Below are positions 49,600-58,889 of a DNA stretch of 64,000 nt, in pieces. The notes below the pieces were generated by a model that saw only the letters and a list, made by a program, of their open reading frames with translations, made no database searches and was not told where the DNA came from. Source of the DNA: an uncultured delta proteobacterium (GTDB lineage: Bacteria; Bdellovibrionota; FAC87; UBA2466); contig CAVZSV010000007.1 of NCBI GenBank assembly GCA_963778115.1, positions 151,175 to 215,174 of the forward strand, in the 5' to 3' direction. The translations under genes and the position numbers were made by a program. Numbering within the stretch: the first letter of the stretch is position 1; every line of letters begins with the position of its first letter.

Positions 49600-51036
49600 C
49601 TACGCTCTTTTTCTCTCGACAAGCCCGCGAACGTAATCGATGTGTCCTCGAAGGCCGTAAAACTGATCCGCAAAAGCAGGCGGGATCTTCATCTTGTTCA
49701 CCGCCTCTTCGATTTTATCGAAATGATCGCGAAGCATCTCCTGCTTAGCGGTATCGTGGGCCACAAGAAAATTGTTTTCTAGCAATAGAAGCTCGCGGTA
49801 CCGGCGATAGATCTTGCTTTGGGTTCGCCATCGAAAGAAAGAGGGAATGCTTCTCATCGCGGGGATTAAGATGACTAACATCGGAACAAAGACCACGACA
49901 AATCGACTGGTAAGACTAGCCAACCAGAAAGGCAAATACCGATAGAAAAGGCTTTTGCCCGATTTATAGAATCGAGTCGCATCATCGCTAATTCGAATGC
50001 CATGTTCGATGGGTGCTGGAAACTCCCCCCTATGCTGAAACACTCCCGGGCGACTATGCACGGAAGTGGCAGCTTCCAGTAACAGATCGGAAATAGCCGG
50101 GTGCAAATCCTTCGTCGCTACGAGCTCTACCATGGGGCCGACCAAAGCAATGTCGTGCGGCGGGATGTTCTGACCGAAATCGATGGCCCCTTGGGGAAGA
50201 TCTAAAACATTCAAGTAATCGATCTTGCGGCTATAAGCATTGGCTTGCTTAAAATCAAATAGATGGATGTCCTTCGATCGCAACAACCTATGCATGATGT
50301 CGGAAGAAGCACTCTCACTCATGATAAAAGCGGCATCAAGCTCTCCTTCAGCGAGTTTTTTCGCGGCATCAACCGCCTCCAGATCGAAAAATTTCGTGGT
50401 AGATCCCGGCTTGATTCCGTTGGCTTGGAGAAGCGCCGTCGCAAAATTATGAGTCCCGCTCTGAAGCGGTCCGGTTGAGACTCTTTTTCCCGCAAGCTCC
50501 GAAAGGAGATCCAGGTGCGTCCCTCGATAAAAAATTAAAACAGGCTGATAAGAGATGCTTCCTAAAGAGATGAGTTTGTCAGTCGCAGCGGTCGTGTTGG
50601 TGATACCCGCCTGAACTATCCCAATATCTACATGTTGGGACGGATCGTTAAGGCGCTTGAAATTTTCGAGCGATCCTTCCGAGGTTAAGACCCTAAGCTT
50701 CACGCCGTTACTTTCCAGAACCTTGGCGTACTTCAAGGCATTTTTTTGAAAGGCGCTTCCCTCGGGACCGCTACTAATCGTAATGGTTGTCGGCGGTGCG
50801 GAGTGAATAAAATAGATCACGGCAACTACAACAATGATTGCCGCGCTGGACAAGGCGGTAATCGCTATCGCAGGACCGATGTCGAAAAGTTCCATAATCG
50901 TCTTTAGACCGAACGGATAATTTTTCGTGGGGGTGGCGTTTATACTTGAAGGTGGCGGAGTCGTTTTTTTAGTCACGGGTATAACTATCCCCGATTCTGG
51001 GGGGAAATTCAATTTTTGCTCAGCGGAGGGGGGCAA
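49600..51036 (-). CDS. TAXI-family solute-binding-like protein with N- and C-terminal TM anchors
   Basis: ORF track (TTG start); block ITISSGPEGSAFQKNALKYAKVL...TSEGSLENFKRL resembles the TAXI N-terminal signature. Confidence 0.65.
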   Translation of the reverse strand: MPPSAEQKLNFPPESGIVIPVTKKTTPPPSSINATPTKNYPFGLKTIMELFDIGPAIAITALSSAAIIVVVAVIYFIHSAPPTTITISSGPEGSAFQKNALKYAKVLESNGVKLRVLTSEGSLENFKRLNDPSQHVDIGIVQAGITNTTAATDKLISLGSISYQPVLIFYRGTHLDLLSELAGKRVSTGPLQSGTHNFATALLQANGIKPGSTTKFFDLEAVDAAKKLAEGELDAAFIMSESASSDIMHRLLRSKDIHLFDFKQANAYSRKIDYLNVLDLPQGAIDFGQNIPPHDIALVGPMVELVATKDLHPAISDLLLEAATSVHSRPGVFQHRGEFPAPIEHGIRISDDATRFYKSGKSLFYRYLPFWLASLTSRFVVVFVPMLVILIPAMRSIPSFFRWRTQSKIYRRYRELLLLENNFLVAHDTAKQEMLRDHFDKIEEAVNKMKIPPAFADQFYGLRGHIDYVRGLVERKRA

Positions 51037-51140
51037 TTTACGATGACAAAAAATGTCACTCCTATAAGACTAAATCGAATCATTGAAAGTTATGGCTCTT
51101 TGCGTTAAAATCCGCCCCTATTAATTTATTTCGGGGGTAT

Positions 51141-52907
51141 TTGCTGATGTGGTTCGTGCGGGGCGGCAGCGCTCGTTTCTCCTATCACTTTTTTCTAACT
51201 CTCAGCTTTATTGCGCTCGTGGCGGGATGCGGAAAAGACGCCTCCATTCAGCTAACCAAACCGGACCCCGTAACGGTCAAAACCAAACGAGTCCATTTTA
51301 GCCTTGAATCGGCCGAACCTGGAAATATCGGAGCGGAACTTATCCATCCCAGTGGAACTCTAGAGATGGATGATGTCGGCCAAAGGGCTTTCGATTTACC
51401 CATCGGCCATAGCCTCGAAGTAAAGCTGAAGTTAGAAGACGGATGGGAAGTTAAGAAGTGGAATATTCTTCCCGGCGGAAACGTCGATCCCAATATTAAG
51501 CAGAACTACTTCAAGATTAGTAACGTCCAAGACGATACCCAAATTTCGGTATCGGTCGGCAAAAAAGAGATTCCTAAAATAGAGACTAAGACGGTCTACT
51601 TGAAAATCGAATCTCCCGAGAAAGAAACGGTCATCGCGGACGTCGTTTCACTTGATGATCCCTTCGTCTTTAGAGGACCCGGCGAAAGAGTCATCGATCT
51701 TCCCACGACCGATGACTTAAACGTGACACTTACGCTGCCCGATCAATGGGAAGTGGAAAAATGGACCCTCTCTGCCGCCGCTGATTACGATGATCCCGGC
51801 AAAGGAACTAATCTTATCGTTAAGCGGATCAAAAGTGATCTGCATGTCACGGCCAAAGTCCGTAGGATTCCTCACGTGGCTCCCCCCGAGACTAAAACGG
51901 TTTATTTTAAATTGGAGTCGCCCGAAAAAGAGACCTTCGTGGCAAACGTAGGCTCACTCGAAAAAGCGCTTACCTTTTCGGGTACCGGTGAAAGAGCTCT
52001 CGACTTGCCCACGGCTGACGATCTCAGTATTTCGCTCAACCTTCCTGAGCAATGGGAAATTGAGAAATGGTCACTTTCAGCTCCGGCGGAATACGACGAT
52101 CCAGGAGCAGGAACCCATCTTCTCGTGAAGCGGGTGAAAAAAGATCTTCACGTGACCGCCAAGGTTCGTCGAGTTCCTCACGTGCCGCCGCCACAAACCA
52201 AGACGGTCTACCTCAAGATCGAAGCTCCGGAAAAGGGAAAAGTCTTTGCTGATATCGCATCCATCGAGAAGAGTCTGGTCTTTCTAGGCGACGGTGAACG
52301 GATTATTGATCTGCTCGCTAGCGAAGATCTCAAAATAGCCCTGACACTTCCCCAACATTGGGAAGTGCAAAAGTGGACGCTGTCTTCCGATGCCGAATAT
52401 GATGAGCCCGGAACCGGCCGTAAGTTAGTAGTCCGCCGCGTTCCCGGTGATCTTCACGTAACGGTGAAATTGCGCAAGGTCCCCTTCTTTACCTTTAAGG
52501 TTCGAGTCGCGGGAACTAGCTTTCTGAACGGAGACATTGGAAGCGGTCTGGTTAAGTGGAAAGCCTATCGCCCCACTCAACAGCCTGCCGACAATTTCGA
52601 GTTCGGCGATGACGAAGTAGATTCGTCTTTGGGAATTGAAAATATCGATAAAGCGTCGCCCAAGGTACTCACTTTCCCCAATGGAACGAAACTGCGAGTC
52701 AAGTACACCTTCACTGATTCTACCGACAGGCTGAGAACGCTTGTGGACACCATCGTCTTGGATGAAAACAAGACGTTGGACGTGGATTACCATAAAATCA
52801 TCGGAGTCGATTTCAGTGGCAAAAGCCCAGGCTTTTACCAGGCGCTAGAGATCGATCCCAAAGCAAAGCAGGAAATCGATCCCCAATCCAGTGAGAACAG
52901 GGAGTAG
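51141..52907 (+). CDS. lipoprotein with four tandem about 100-aa repeats
   Basis: ORF track; lipobox LVAGC; repeat unit KTVYLKIESPEKE...DLHVTAKVRR. Confidence 0.75.
   Translation: MLMWFVRGGSARFSYHFFLTLSFIALVAGCGKDASIQLTKPDPVTVKTKRVHFSLESAEPGNIGAELIHPSGTLEMDDVGQRAFDLPIGHSLEVKLKLEDGWEVKKWNILPGGNVDPNIKQNYFKISNVQDDTQISVSVGKKEIPKIETKTVYLKIESPEKETVIADVVSLDDPFVFRGPGERVIDLPTTDDLNVTLTLPDQWEVEKWTLSAAADYDDPGKGTNLIVKRIKSDLHVTAKVRRIPHVAPPETKTVYFKLESPEKETFVANVGSLEKALTFSGTGERALDLPTADDLSISLNLPEQWEIEKWSLSAPAEYDDPGAGTHLLVKRVKKDLHVTAKVRRVPHVPPPQTKTVYLKIEAPEKGKVFADIASIEKSLVFLGDGERIIDLLASEDLKIALTLPQHWEVQKWTLSSDAEYDEPGTGRKLVVRRVPGDLHVTVKLRKVPFFTFKVRVAGTSFLNGDIGSGLVKWKAYRPTQQPADNFEFGDDEVDSSLGIENIDKASPKVLTFPNGTKLRVKYTFTDSTDRLRTLVDTIVLDENKTLDVDYHKIIGVDFSGKSPGFYQALEIDPKAKQEIDPQSSENRE
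51276..52490 (+). repeat. four tandem about 300-bp coding repeats (first diverged)
   Basis: periodicity read from the translation; boundaries approximate. Confidence 0.6.
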
Positions 52908-52909
52908 TT

Positions 52910-53533
52910 GTGAAGTCACTTTTACGTGTCATGGCTCTGCTATGCATTCTGGTGACTCGGTTGGGCTTTGCCGATACCGATCAGGCCGATGCAGGACTGT
53001 ACTACGCGGCTGAAGAGGCCTTAACCACCAATCATAAGTGGGAATTGCGAGTCAATGCGGGTTACGATTTTTCCAATTCGTTTCTCGCTATCTATCCTAT
53101 AGAACTTGGAGCGCTCTATATGATCGACCCCTCCATGTCGGTAGGGTTAGAAGGAGCTATCTTCGCTTCCGGAAAAAAAGGATCTGCAGAGACCCTTGCG
53201 ACTGAACTTAAGAAATTTGATTACGACATGTATGCGATCTCCCCTCTGGCAAAAGCGGTAGGCCTATTTCGCCTGACCCCCATCTCGGGGCTAGTGAATG
53301 TCTTTTCCAGGCACATCGTAAAGATCGACATCAGCCTTGTCGCGAAAGCCGGGGTTATTCGATATCAAACCGCAGGCTGGGGCCCCACGGCTGGAGTGGG
53401 ACTTGAGACTCTCATCGGTATGGGACCCAATTGGGGTCTAACGATCGCTTTCAATTACGAGTATGACAAACCCACCAGTGATGACTGGTTGTGGAGAGCG
53501 GGAATCTTAGTTGGGCCGAGCTACCGATTTTAA
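52910..53533 (+). CDS. small outer-membrane beta-barrel-like protein
   Basis: ORF track (GTG start 3 nt after upstream stop); signal peptide; alternating hydrophobic pattern; C-terminal SYRF. Confidence 0.6.
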   Translation: MKSLLRVMALLCILVTRLGFADTDQADAGLYYAAEEALTTNHKWELRVNAGYDFSNSFLAIYPIELGALYMIDPSMSVGLEGAIFASGKKGSAETLATELKKFDYDMYAISPLAKAVGLFRLTPISGLVNVFSRHIVKIDISLVAKAGVIRYQTAGWGPTAGVGLETLIGMGPNWGLTIAFNYEYDKPTSDDWLWRAGILVGPSYRF

Positions 53534-53535
53534 TT

Positions 53536-54141
53536 ATGTCGAAACGCAGCACACATTTTCGGCTTGTACTCATCGCGGCTTGGATCGGAGCCTTGAGCAC
53601 GTGTGCTCTGGCGGACGACAGCTCTGCTAAAGCGCTCTTTCACGAGCTTAAGGCGGGCGACTACAGTGACGCGATCCCAAAGCTCCAAAGCATTCACAAA
53701 GACTCTCCCAACTTTGTTTGGTCCGTTCAGGAGATCGCAAAGTCATTTTATAAATTGGAGCGTTGGTCGGAATTTTTTGGAGTTGCCTACTTTTCGAGAA
53801 AAGCGCTACCCGTGTCCCGCGAAACAGAAAAGATTAGACTGCTGGAGATTCTAGCTTTGCTCAGGCACTGTCAACCCGAGCAAGCCAAAGAAGTTTTCAC
53901 CCTGCGTCCCTATTCGCAAGACCAGGATCTAAAAAAGCACTTTGAAGTCATTGGAGAACTATTACAGATTCCTGCATCCATGAGTCTAAACATCAGGCCC
54001 GAAGACCAGACAAAAAAAGGTAAAGGAGCTTTCCCAGCGGCTAATTTATGGCCGGTCTCGCAGATTCCGCTTCAGAAACTGGAACCGTACAAGCTTCGCA
54101 GAAAAGTAAAAGCCCTTTGCGAAAAGAAGGGGACTCCGTGA
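53536..54141 (+). CDS. hypothetical periplasmic protein
   Basis: ORF track 53491..54141; ATG at 53536 lies 3 nt after upstream stop and starts a signal peptide. Confidence 0.6.
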   Translation: MSKRSTHFRLVLIAAWIGALSTCALADDSSAKALFHELKAGDYSDAIPKLQSIHKDSPNFVWSVQEIAKSFYKLERWSEFFGVAYFSRKALPVSRETEKIRLLEILALLRHCQPEQAKEVFTLRPYSQDQDLKKHFEVIGELLQIPASMSLNIRPEDQTKKGKGAFPAANLWPVSQIPLQKLEPYKLRRKVKALCEKKGTP

Positions 54142-56432
54142 GAATCCTTTTCTTTTTGTTTCTAGCGCTAGCGGCGATTCTGACCCCTTCTCTGGCCGAG
54201 GCTAGCGGGGTAGCGGCGGCCTCTGACGGTGATCTAACCAAGGCGTTTCGCTTGGCATATGAAGGAGATCTTACGGATGGAGCTTTGGTCAGAGGCTTGG
54301 AAGTTCGATTCGGCCAAAAACGAAGCCCACGGGATAGGGTGCTCTGCGCGTATCTGCTCACCTTTTCGCCTCGACGGCTTCTCAGCAATCCACGAAGCGA
54401 ATATATTGAGTTTGTTATCAACGATCCCAAAGCCAAAGAGATTCTGGGAGAAGACTCTCTTTTCAGGCTCTATCGAATCCGTGGTGACGAAGCTTACGAC
54501 GATGGTAAGTTCGAACTCTCCGTTCACGATCACAAAGCATTACTCCGATCGCAAGACCGCATGCTACGTGATTATGCCATTCTTAAAGTGGGTTGGGGTT
54601 ATCTCAACTTAAAGCGATCTTCGGACGCTTACCATTTTTGGTTAGAGAATACCGAAAAAGCACTCCAAACCGGAGTTCAGAACGTCTCGCCCAACCTTCT
54701 CCATGGTTTGGCCCTGGCTCTAGTAGAAGATACGGAACGTACCGCACAGGATATTGATAGATTAGGAAAGCTGAACCTCGATAATACCCTGAAGCAGGAA
54801 TTCATCGGTGGAATCGAAGAAGGACTTGATTCGCTCACTAAAGAATCTGACCAGCAAACGCTGGCCCATCAAATCCAGACGTTGTCATGGCGGCCAGAAT
54901 TATTAGCGGGCCTCTTTGAACGATCTAAACTTGTAGGAAAACGGGCGTGCCGCCTCATCTACTGGCTTGAGGCTCCAGGGCAAACTCTCGACTGGGCCAC
55001 GCAGGGACGTATCATGGAATCTTGCGCGCAATGGGCCGGCCGAGCGGAGAAAGACCAAAGGGACTCGGGATTGCAGGCTCGTTTAGAAACGCTTCTCCCA
55101 AGATACGATCTTCATGGGAGTGACCGGCGGGTTCGTTTTGAATGGTACCGATCCTTAAAGCGAAATCCGCTAGCCTGCACCGAAGGAATTAGCTGGCTCT
55201 CGGATAAGATCGACGGGTCCACTCGAAAACTAGCACCGGTAAAAGAGATCAATCAGGTTTGCACGGACGCGGCTCCTCAACTGACATCCACACAGGTAGC
55301 ATGGTTAATGGATCGCTTCCAGGCTGGGACCACCGAATCGGGTTACCTTAGCGCTCAAGATGAACCGCTGCTTTTTATCTTAACCTCGCTACTTTCGGAT
55401 CGCGCGATTCGCGATGCTCTGGTCACGAGGCTCCAAACCAACCCCGCCGTATTTAAGAAGACTCTGGTTCCGAGCCTACTTGCTGAAAATCTGCGCAAAC
55501 ATAAAGAGAGTACTAAAGCTGCTCAACTCTTAGCTCTCTATGGAGAGCAAGCCGATGGTCAGATACGAACCGAGTCTATCTGGCAGGGGCTTCTCACGGA
55601 GAAGCTAATGGCCTCAGTGTCGGCGAAGAACTATGCGGATGCTCTGACTACCGTCGAAAAAACGCTTCCCATCAAAGCCGAGCGGAAACTGACCGAACCT
55701 CAGGTGGAGATGTGGTTAAGCGTTATCGTCAAAGCCAAAGATGATGCTGGATCGAAAGATCGTGCTTCAAAAGGACTGCAAGCTTTAGTCGCTAGCGGCT
55801 ATGGGCTTGAGTACCGGAAATTGACCGGAGCCATCTTAGAACTGTGCGGCCAATACCATCTTTGGGGAGATTTTTGGACGGTTCTTAAGAATAATAAATG
55901 CCCTCCTTTTTCCGAGGTTGCCTCTGAAAAATTGAAACTTGAACTCTTTGAAGCCATTGCTTCGAACCAGTGGCGGGTTCCAGAGACCGAGAAGAACTCA
56001 GACCCTGAATTTAATTTTTTGGTTCAACTCGCAAGTTCTCTCAAAGAACCGGCTAACAAGATCGCGCAGATTGAACCTGTTGGAAAATCGGTCCTTGCTC
56101 AGGACTTAAAGATGGTCAAAGCCATCGATAAGAAACGACAAGAGGTTCTAGGTCCAAAGTTAAGTAGCCGGGATAGGATCACCCAAGTGACGACTTGGGT
56201 TCAGTTCTTGGATCGGCATATTAAACAGGTTGAGCGTCGTCTTTGGAGCAGTACCCTATTCTATCGTACGGCGAATTCCAGTTTGGCCGATTTCTGTGGT
56301 GAAGCTAAGACTCGGCTATCTACCATGACCCAAGTTTCCAAACACAAAGCCGATTCTGTGGAGCAATGGGAGCAATTTGCACCGGTTCTCGTACAGCGAC
56401 TAGACGATTGTGAGAAGCGGAGAAACTTATGA
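54138..56432 (+). CDS. large secreted all-alpha (TPR-like?) protein
   Basis: ORF track 54048..56432; GTG at 54138 overlaps upstream stop (GTGA) and is followed by a signal peptide. Confidence 0.7.
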   Translation: MRILFFLFLALAAILTPSLAEASGVAAASDGDLTKAFRLAYEGDLTDGALVRGLEVRFGQKRSPRDRVLCAYLLTFSPRRLLSNPRSEYIEFVINDPKAKEILGEDSLFRLYRIRGDEAYDDGKFELSVHDHKALLRSQDRMLRDYAILKVGWGYLNLKRSSDAYHFWLENTEKALQTGVQNVSPNLLHGLALALVEDTERTAQDIDRLGKLNLDNTLKQEFIGGIEEGLDSLTKESDQQTLAHQIQTLSWRPELLAGLFERSKLVGKRACRLIYWLEAPGQTLDWATQGRIMESCAQWAGRAEKDQRDSGLQARLETLLPRYDLHGSDRRVRFEWYRSLKRNPLACTEGISWLSDKIDGSTRKLAPVKEINQVCTDAAPQLTSTQVAWLMDRFQAGTTESGYLSAQDEPLLFILTSLLSDRAIRDALVTRLQTNPAVFKKTLVPSLLAENLRKHKESTKAAQLLALYGEQADGQIRTESIWQGLLTEKLMASVSAKNYADALTTVEKTLPIKAERKLTEPQVEMWLSVIVKAKDDAGSKDRASKGLQALVASGYGLEYRKLTGAILELCGQYHLWGDFWTVLKNNKCPPFSEVASEKLKLELFEAIASNQWRVPETEKNSDPEFNFLVQLASSLKEPANKIAQIEPVGKSVLAQDLKMVKAIDKKRQEVLGPKLSSRDRITQVTTWVQFLDRHIKQVERRLWSSTLFYRTANSSLADFCGEAKTRLSTMTQVSKHKADSVEQWEQFAPVLVQRLDDCEKRRNL

Positions 56433-56665
56433 AGCTAACTCTTCTCTTTGGGCTTTTGCTGTGTGTCCAGATTTCTCAGGCGGGAGAAGTAGTGGACGTA
56501 GGTAAGTACCAGACTCAAGGAACCATGCGTGGGCCCGAAGTTCAATTTATTGATTCGGACAGAATTGGTTCCGATGCGGCGGGCAGACTTGGACAAGCGC
56601 AGCTTAAAGAAATGGAAACCGAATTGTTACAACCGGAAGAACCTATTGCGAAGGGGGCGAAGTGA
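56429..56665 (+). CDS. small secreted protein (78 aa)
   Basis: ORF track; ATGA overlap upstream and GTGA overlap downstream; signal peptide. Confidence 0.5.
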   Translation: MKLTLLFGLLLCVQISQAGEVVDVGKYQTQGTMRGPEVQFIDSDRIGSDAAGRLGQAQLKEMETELLQPEEPIAKGAK

Positions 56666-57774
56666 AAACCTCTACGAAAATAGAAAATTCACTCCACACT
56701 CCTCAATTGGAAATTAAACAGCTAGGGAGTCAAAAGACCAGCACCGAAAATCTTCCCTTTGCCTGTGAACTAAATTCCAAAATGATACAAATCATCGTGC
56801 CAACCTACGCACGCGTATCCGTCCAGAACCAATGGCGGTGGGTGGATATTCATAACGGACAACATTGGGGTGCTATTGGAGTCCAGTCCCCTCAAAACAA
56901 ATTAGACTTCTCTTTTCCGACCGAGACTTCCCTTAGGATTTCAGCTAACGGGAAAACCTGGCTAGTCCGGCTGCATCCAGTAGCACAAACGGGGCGACGG
57001 TTTTCGATCGGTTCGACGATTAAGTCCACGAGCTATTTTGGATTATCGCTTATCGGCCATATCAGCCTCTTGCTATTACTTTGGTACGGAGTGACTCAAA
57101 AATTTGATTTGGGCGGCTTTAATTCGGAGACCGAGAAGGCCCAGAAAGAAAAACCAAAGCCACAAGCTTCGGCGGCAGCGGAAGGTGGCGGTGAACCGGT
57201 CAGTCGTCCATTTGAAGGAATTACCTTCACCGAATACAGCAAAAAGCTTGAGGCCGCTAAACGTGAAGCCAATCCGTTAGGATTTCTTGCTCAGAGTCTA
57301 AATAAGATGAAAGTAAAGAGTGGGGCGGGAAAAGGAAAAGGTTCCGGCGTCCAAAGTGCCACTGGCGTCATTGGCTCCGGTTTAGGAACCGGGACAGGTA
57401 CGTCGCTCACCGATGCTATCTCGAATCAGAAATTTAACGTCCAAGCTACCGGTTCCACCGCCGGAGGTAAACAGGTTACCGAAAAACAGAAATTGGCATT
57501 ACGCGAGAAATTTCGAGAACTCCAGGACGACTTTAAACGTATCTACTCTAAGCTTTTAAGCCAAGATCCGAGCCTTTCAGTCACCGTGGCGTTCCAAACT
57601 CGGGTTCAGGGAAATGGATATCTCGAGCTTTCCGACTTCAAAGCTCGTGGGACTTATCAACCCAGTACCATTCCTCAGTTAAAGGGGGCCATGGCCGATG
57701 TCCTTCGTAGCGTTTATGTAGGGCCGGAACTAAGTGGACTAACGTTAAGAGCGGAAAACGTTTTTGTAAGATAA
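56662..57774 (+). CDS. TonB/TolA-like bitopic protein with about 120-aa cytoplasmic N-domain
   Basis: ORF track; single TM YFGLSLIGHISLLLLLWYGV; Gly/Lys-rich linker; C-terminal about 90 aa with TonB-C-like pattern; sits directly upstream of exbB-exbD. Confidence 0.55.
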   Translation: MKTSTKIENSLHTPQLEIKQLGSQKTSTENLPFACELNSKMIQIIVPTYARVSVQNQWRWVDIHNGQHWGAIGVQSPQNKLDFSFPTETSLRISANGKTWLVRLHPVAQTGRRFSIGSTIKSTSYFGLSLIGHISLLLLLWYGVTQKFDLGGFNSETEKAQKEKPKPQASAAAEGGGEPVSRPFEGITFTEYSKKLEAAKREANPLGFLAQSLNKMKVKSGAGKGKGSGVQSATGVIGSGLGTGTGTSLTDAISNQKFNVQATGSTAGGKQVTEKQKLALREKFRELQDDFKRIYSKLLSQDPSLSVTVAFQTRVQGNGYLELSDFKARGTYQPSTIPQLKGAMADVLRSVYVGPELSGLTLRAENVFVR

Positions 57775-57786
57775 AGGAGAAGAAAG

Positions 57787-58425
57787 ATGATTCATCAACT
57801 ATTTACCATGTTCAACTGGTTAGGATCCGAGTGGATACTCGGGGTTCTTTTCTTGTTGAGTGTCACTACCTTTGGGGTAGTCCTCGCGCGCTGGTTCGAA
57901 CTTCGCAAACTAAAGAATGCTAGCGGCCGATTTTGGGACGAGCATGGCGAAGCGTGGTTTAAAAGTGATGATCTTGATGACTGGAAAGCTCAGATAGAAA
58001 AATTAAAAGCCAGTTACCGCTGCCTGGAAACCGACACTCTTGAGATCATAGAGCGTAACCATAAGGGGACCGACGAAGAGATCGAGCGCGCCGTTGCCGC
58101 CTATCTGGAACATCGCAAACTCAAGCTCGAACGGTATGTGGGAATCCTAGGAACTATCGGATCAAACGCTCCGTTTATCGGACTTTTGGGAACCGTACTT
58201 GGTATCATTCGCGCCTTCCATGACATGGCTACCCAAGGGCTCAGCCAAGGAATGGAGAACATCAGCGGCGGTATCGCCGAAGCTCTCGTCGCAACAGCCG
58301 TAGGTTTGATGGTAGCTATTCCCGCAGTCGTATTCTTCAATATCTTGAATAAGCGTATCTCCAACCTGGTTCGTCGAGCCCAAAGCGTAAGTGCATTGGC
58401 TTTAAGTCAACCCGACAAGAAGTAA
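57787..58425 (+). CDS. exbB: MotA/TolQ/ExbB-family proton channel
   Basis: ORF track; AAGGAG Shine-Dalgarno; conserved GLLGTVLGII and GIAEALVATAVGLMVAIPAVV. Confidence 0.85.
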   Translation: MIHQLFTMFNWLGSEWILGVLFLLSVTTFGVVLARWFELRKLKNASGRFWDEHGEAWFKSDDLDDWKAQIEKLKASYRCLETDTLEIIERNHKGTDEEIERAVAAYLEHRKLKLERYVGILGTIGSNAPFIGLLGTVLGIIRAFHDMATQGLSQGMENISGGIAEALVATAVGLMVAIPAVVFFNILNKRISNLVRRAQSVSALALSQPDKK

Positions 58426-58437
58426 GAGGAGTTAGTC

Positions 58438-58866
58438 ATGGCCATCAATATGGGTAATCAGGACGATACAGGGATTAATGAGATTAATATCACGCCATTC
58501 GTGGATATTGTTTTGGTACTTCTCATTATCTTTATGATCTCTACACCTGCGATGGTTTATCGCGGAATGAGGGTAAACCTCCCCAAAGCAATGAACTCAG
58601 AGGATTTGAGTCATGTCACCCTCACTTTGATGCTCTCTGCTGACGGAAAACTCTGGATCGACAAGCGTGAGATTACCCTGCAAGATCTAAAAGGAATTTG
58701 CGACAAGCTGAAAGAGAATAAGACCGAAGGAGATGCTCTCATTTCAGCCGATTCCGCGGTCACTCACGGAAAGGTGATGGAAGTCGCCGATTTTCTCAAA
58801 ACCCAAGGAATTCAGCAGATAGGCTTTGCCACGTCCTCGGCGGGAGCCGACACCCGGAAAAAATAA
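58438..58866 (+). CDS. exbD: ExbD/TolR-family biopolymer transport protein
   Basis: ORF track; INITPFVDIVLVLLIIFMISTP signature. Confidence 0.85.
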   Translation: MAINMGNQDDTGINEINITPFVDIVLVLLIIFMISTPAMVYRGMRVNLPKAMNSEDLSHVTLTLMLSADGKLWIDKREITLQDLKGICDKLKENKTEGDALISADSAVTHGKVMEVADFLKTQGIQQIGFATSSAGADTRKK

Positions 58867-58889
58867 TGAGGTGGTAAGCGAGGTCGATC

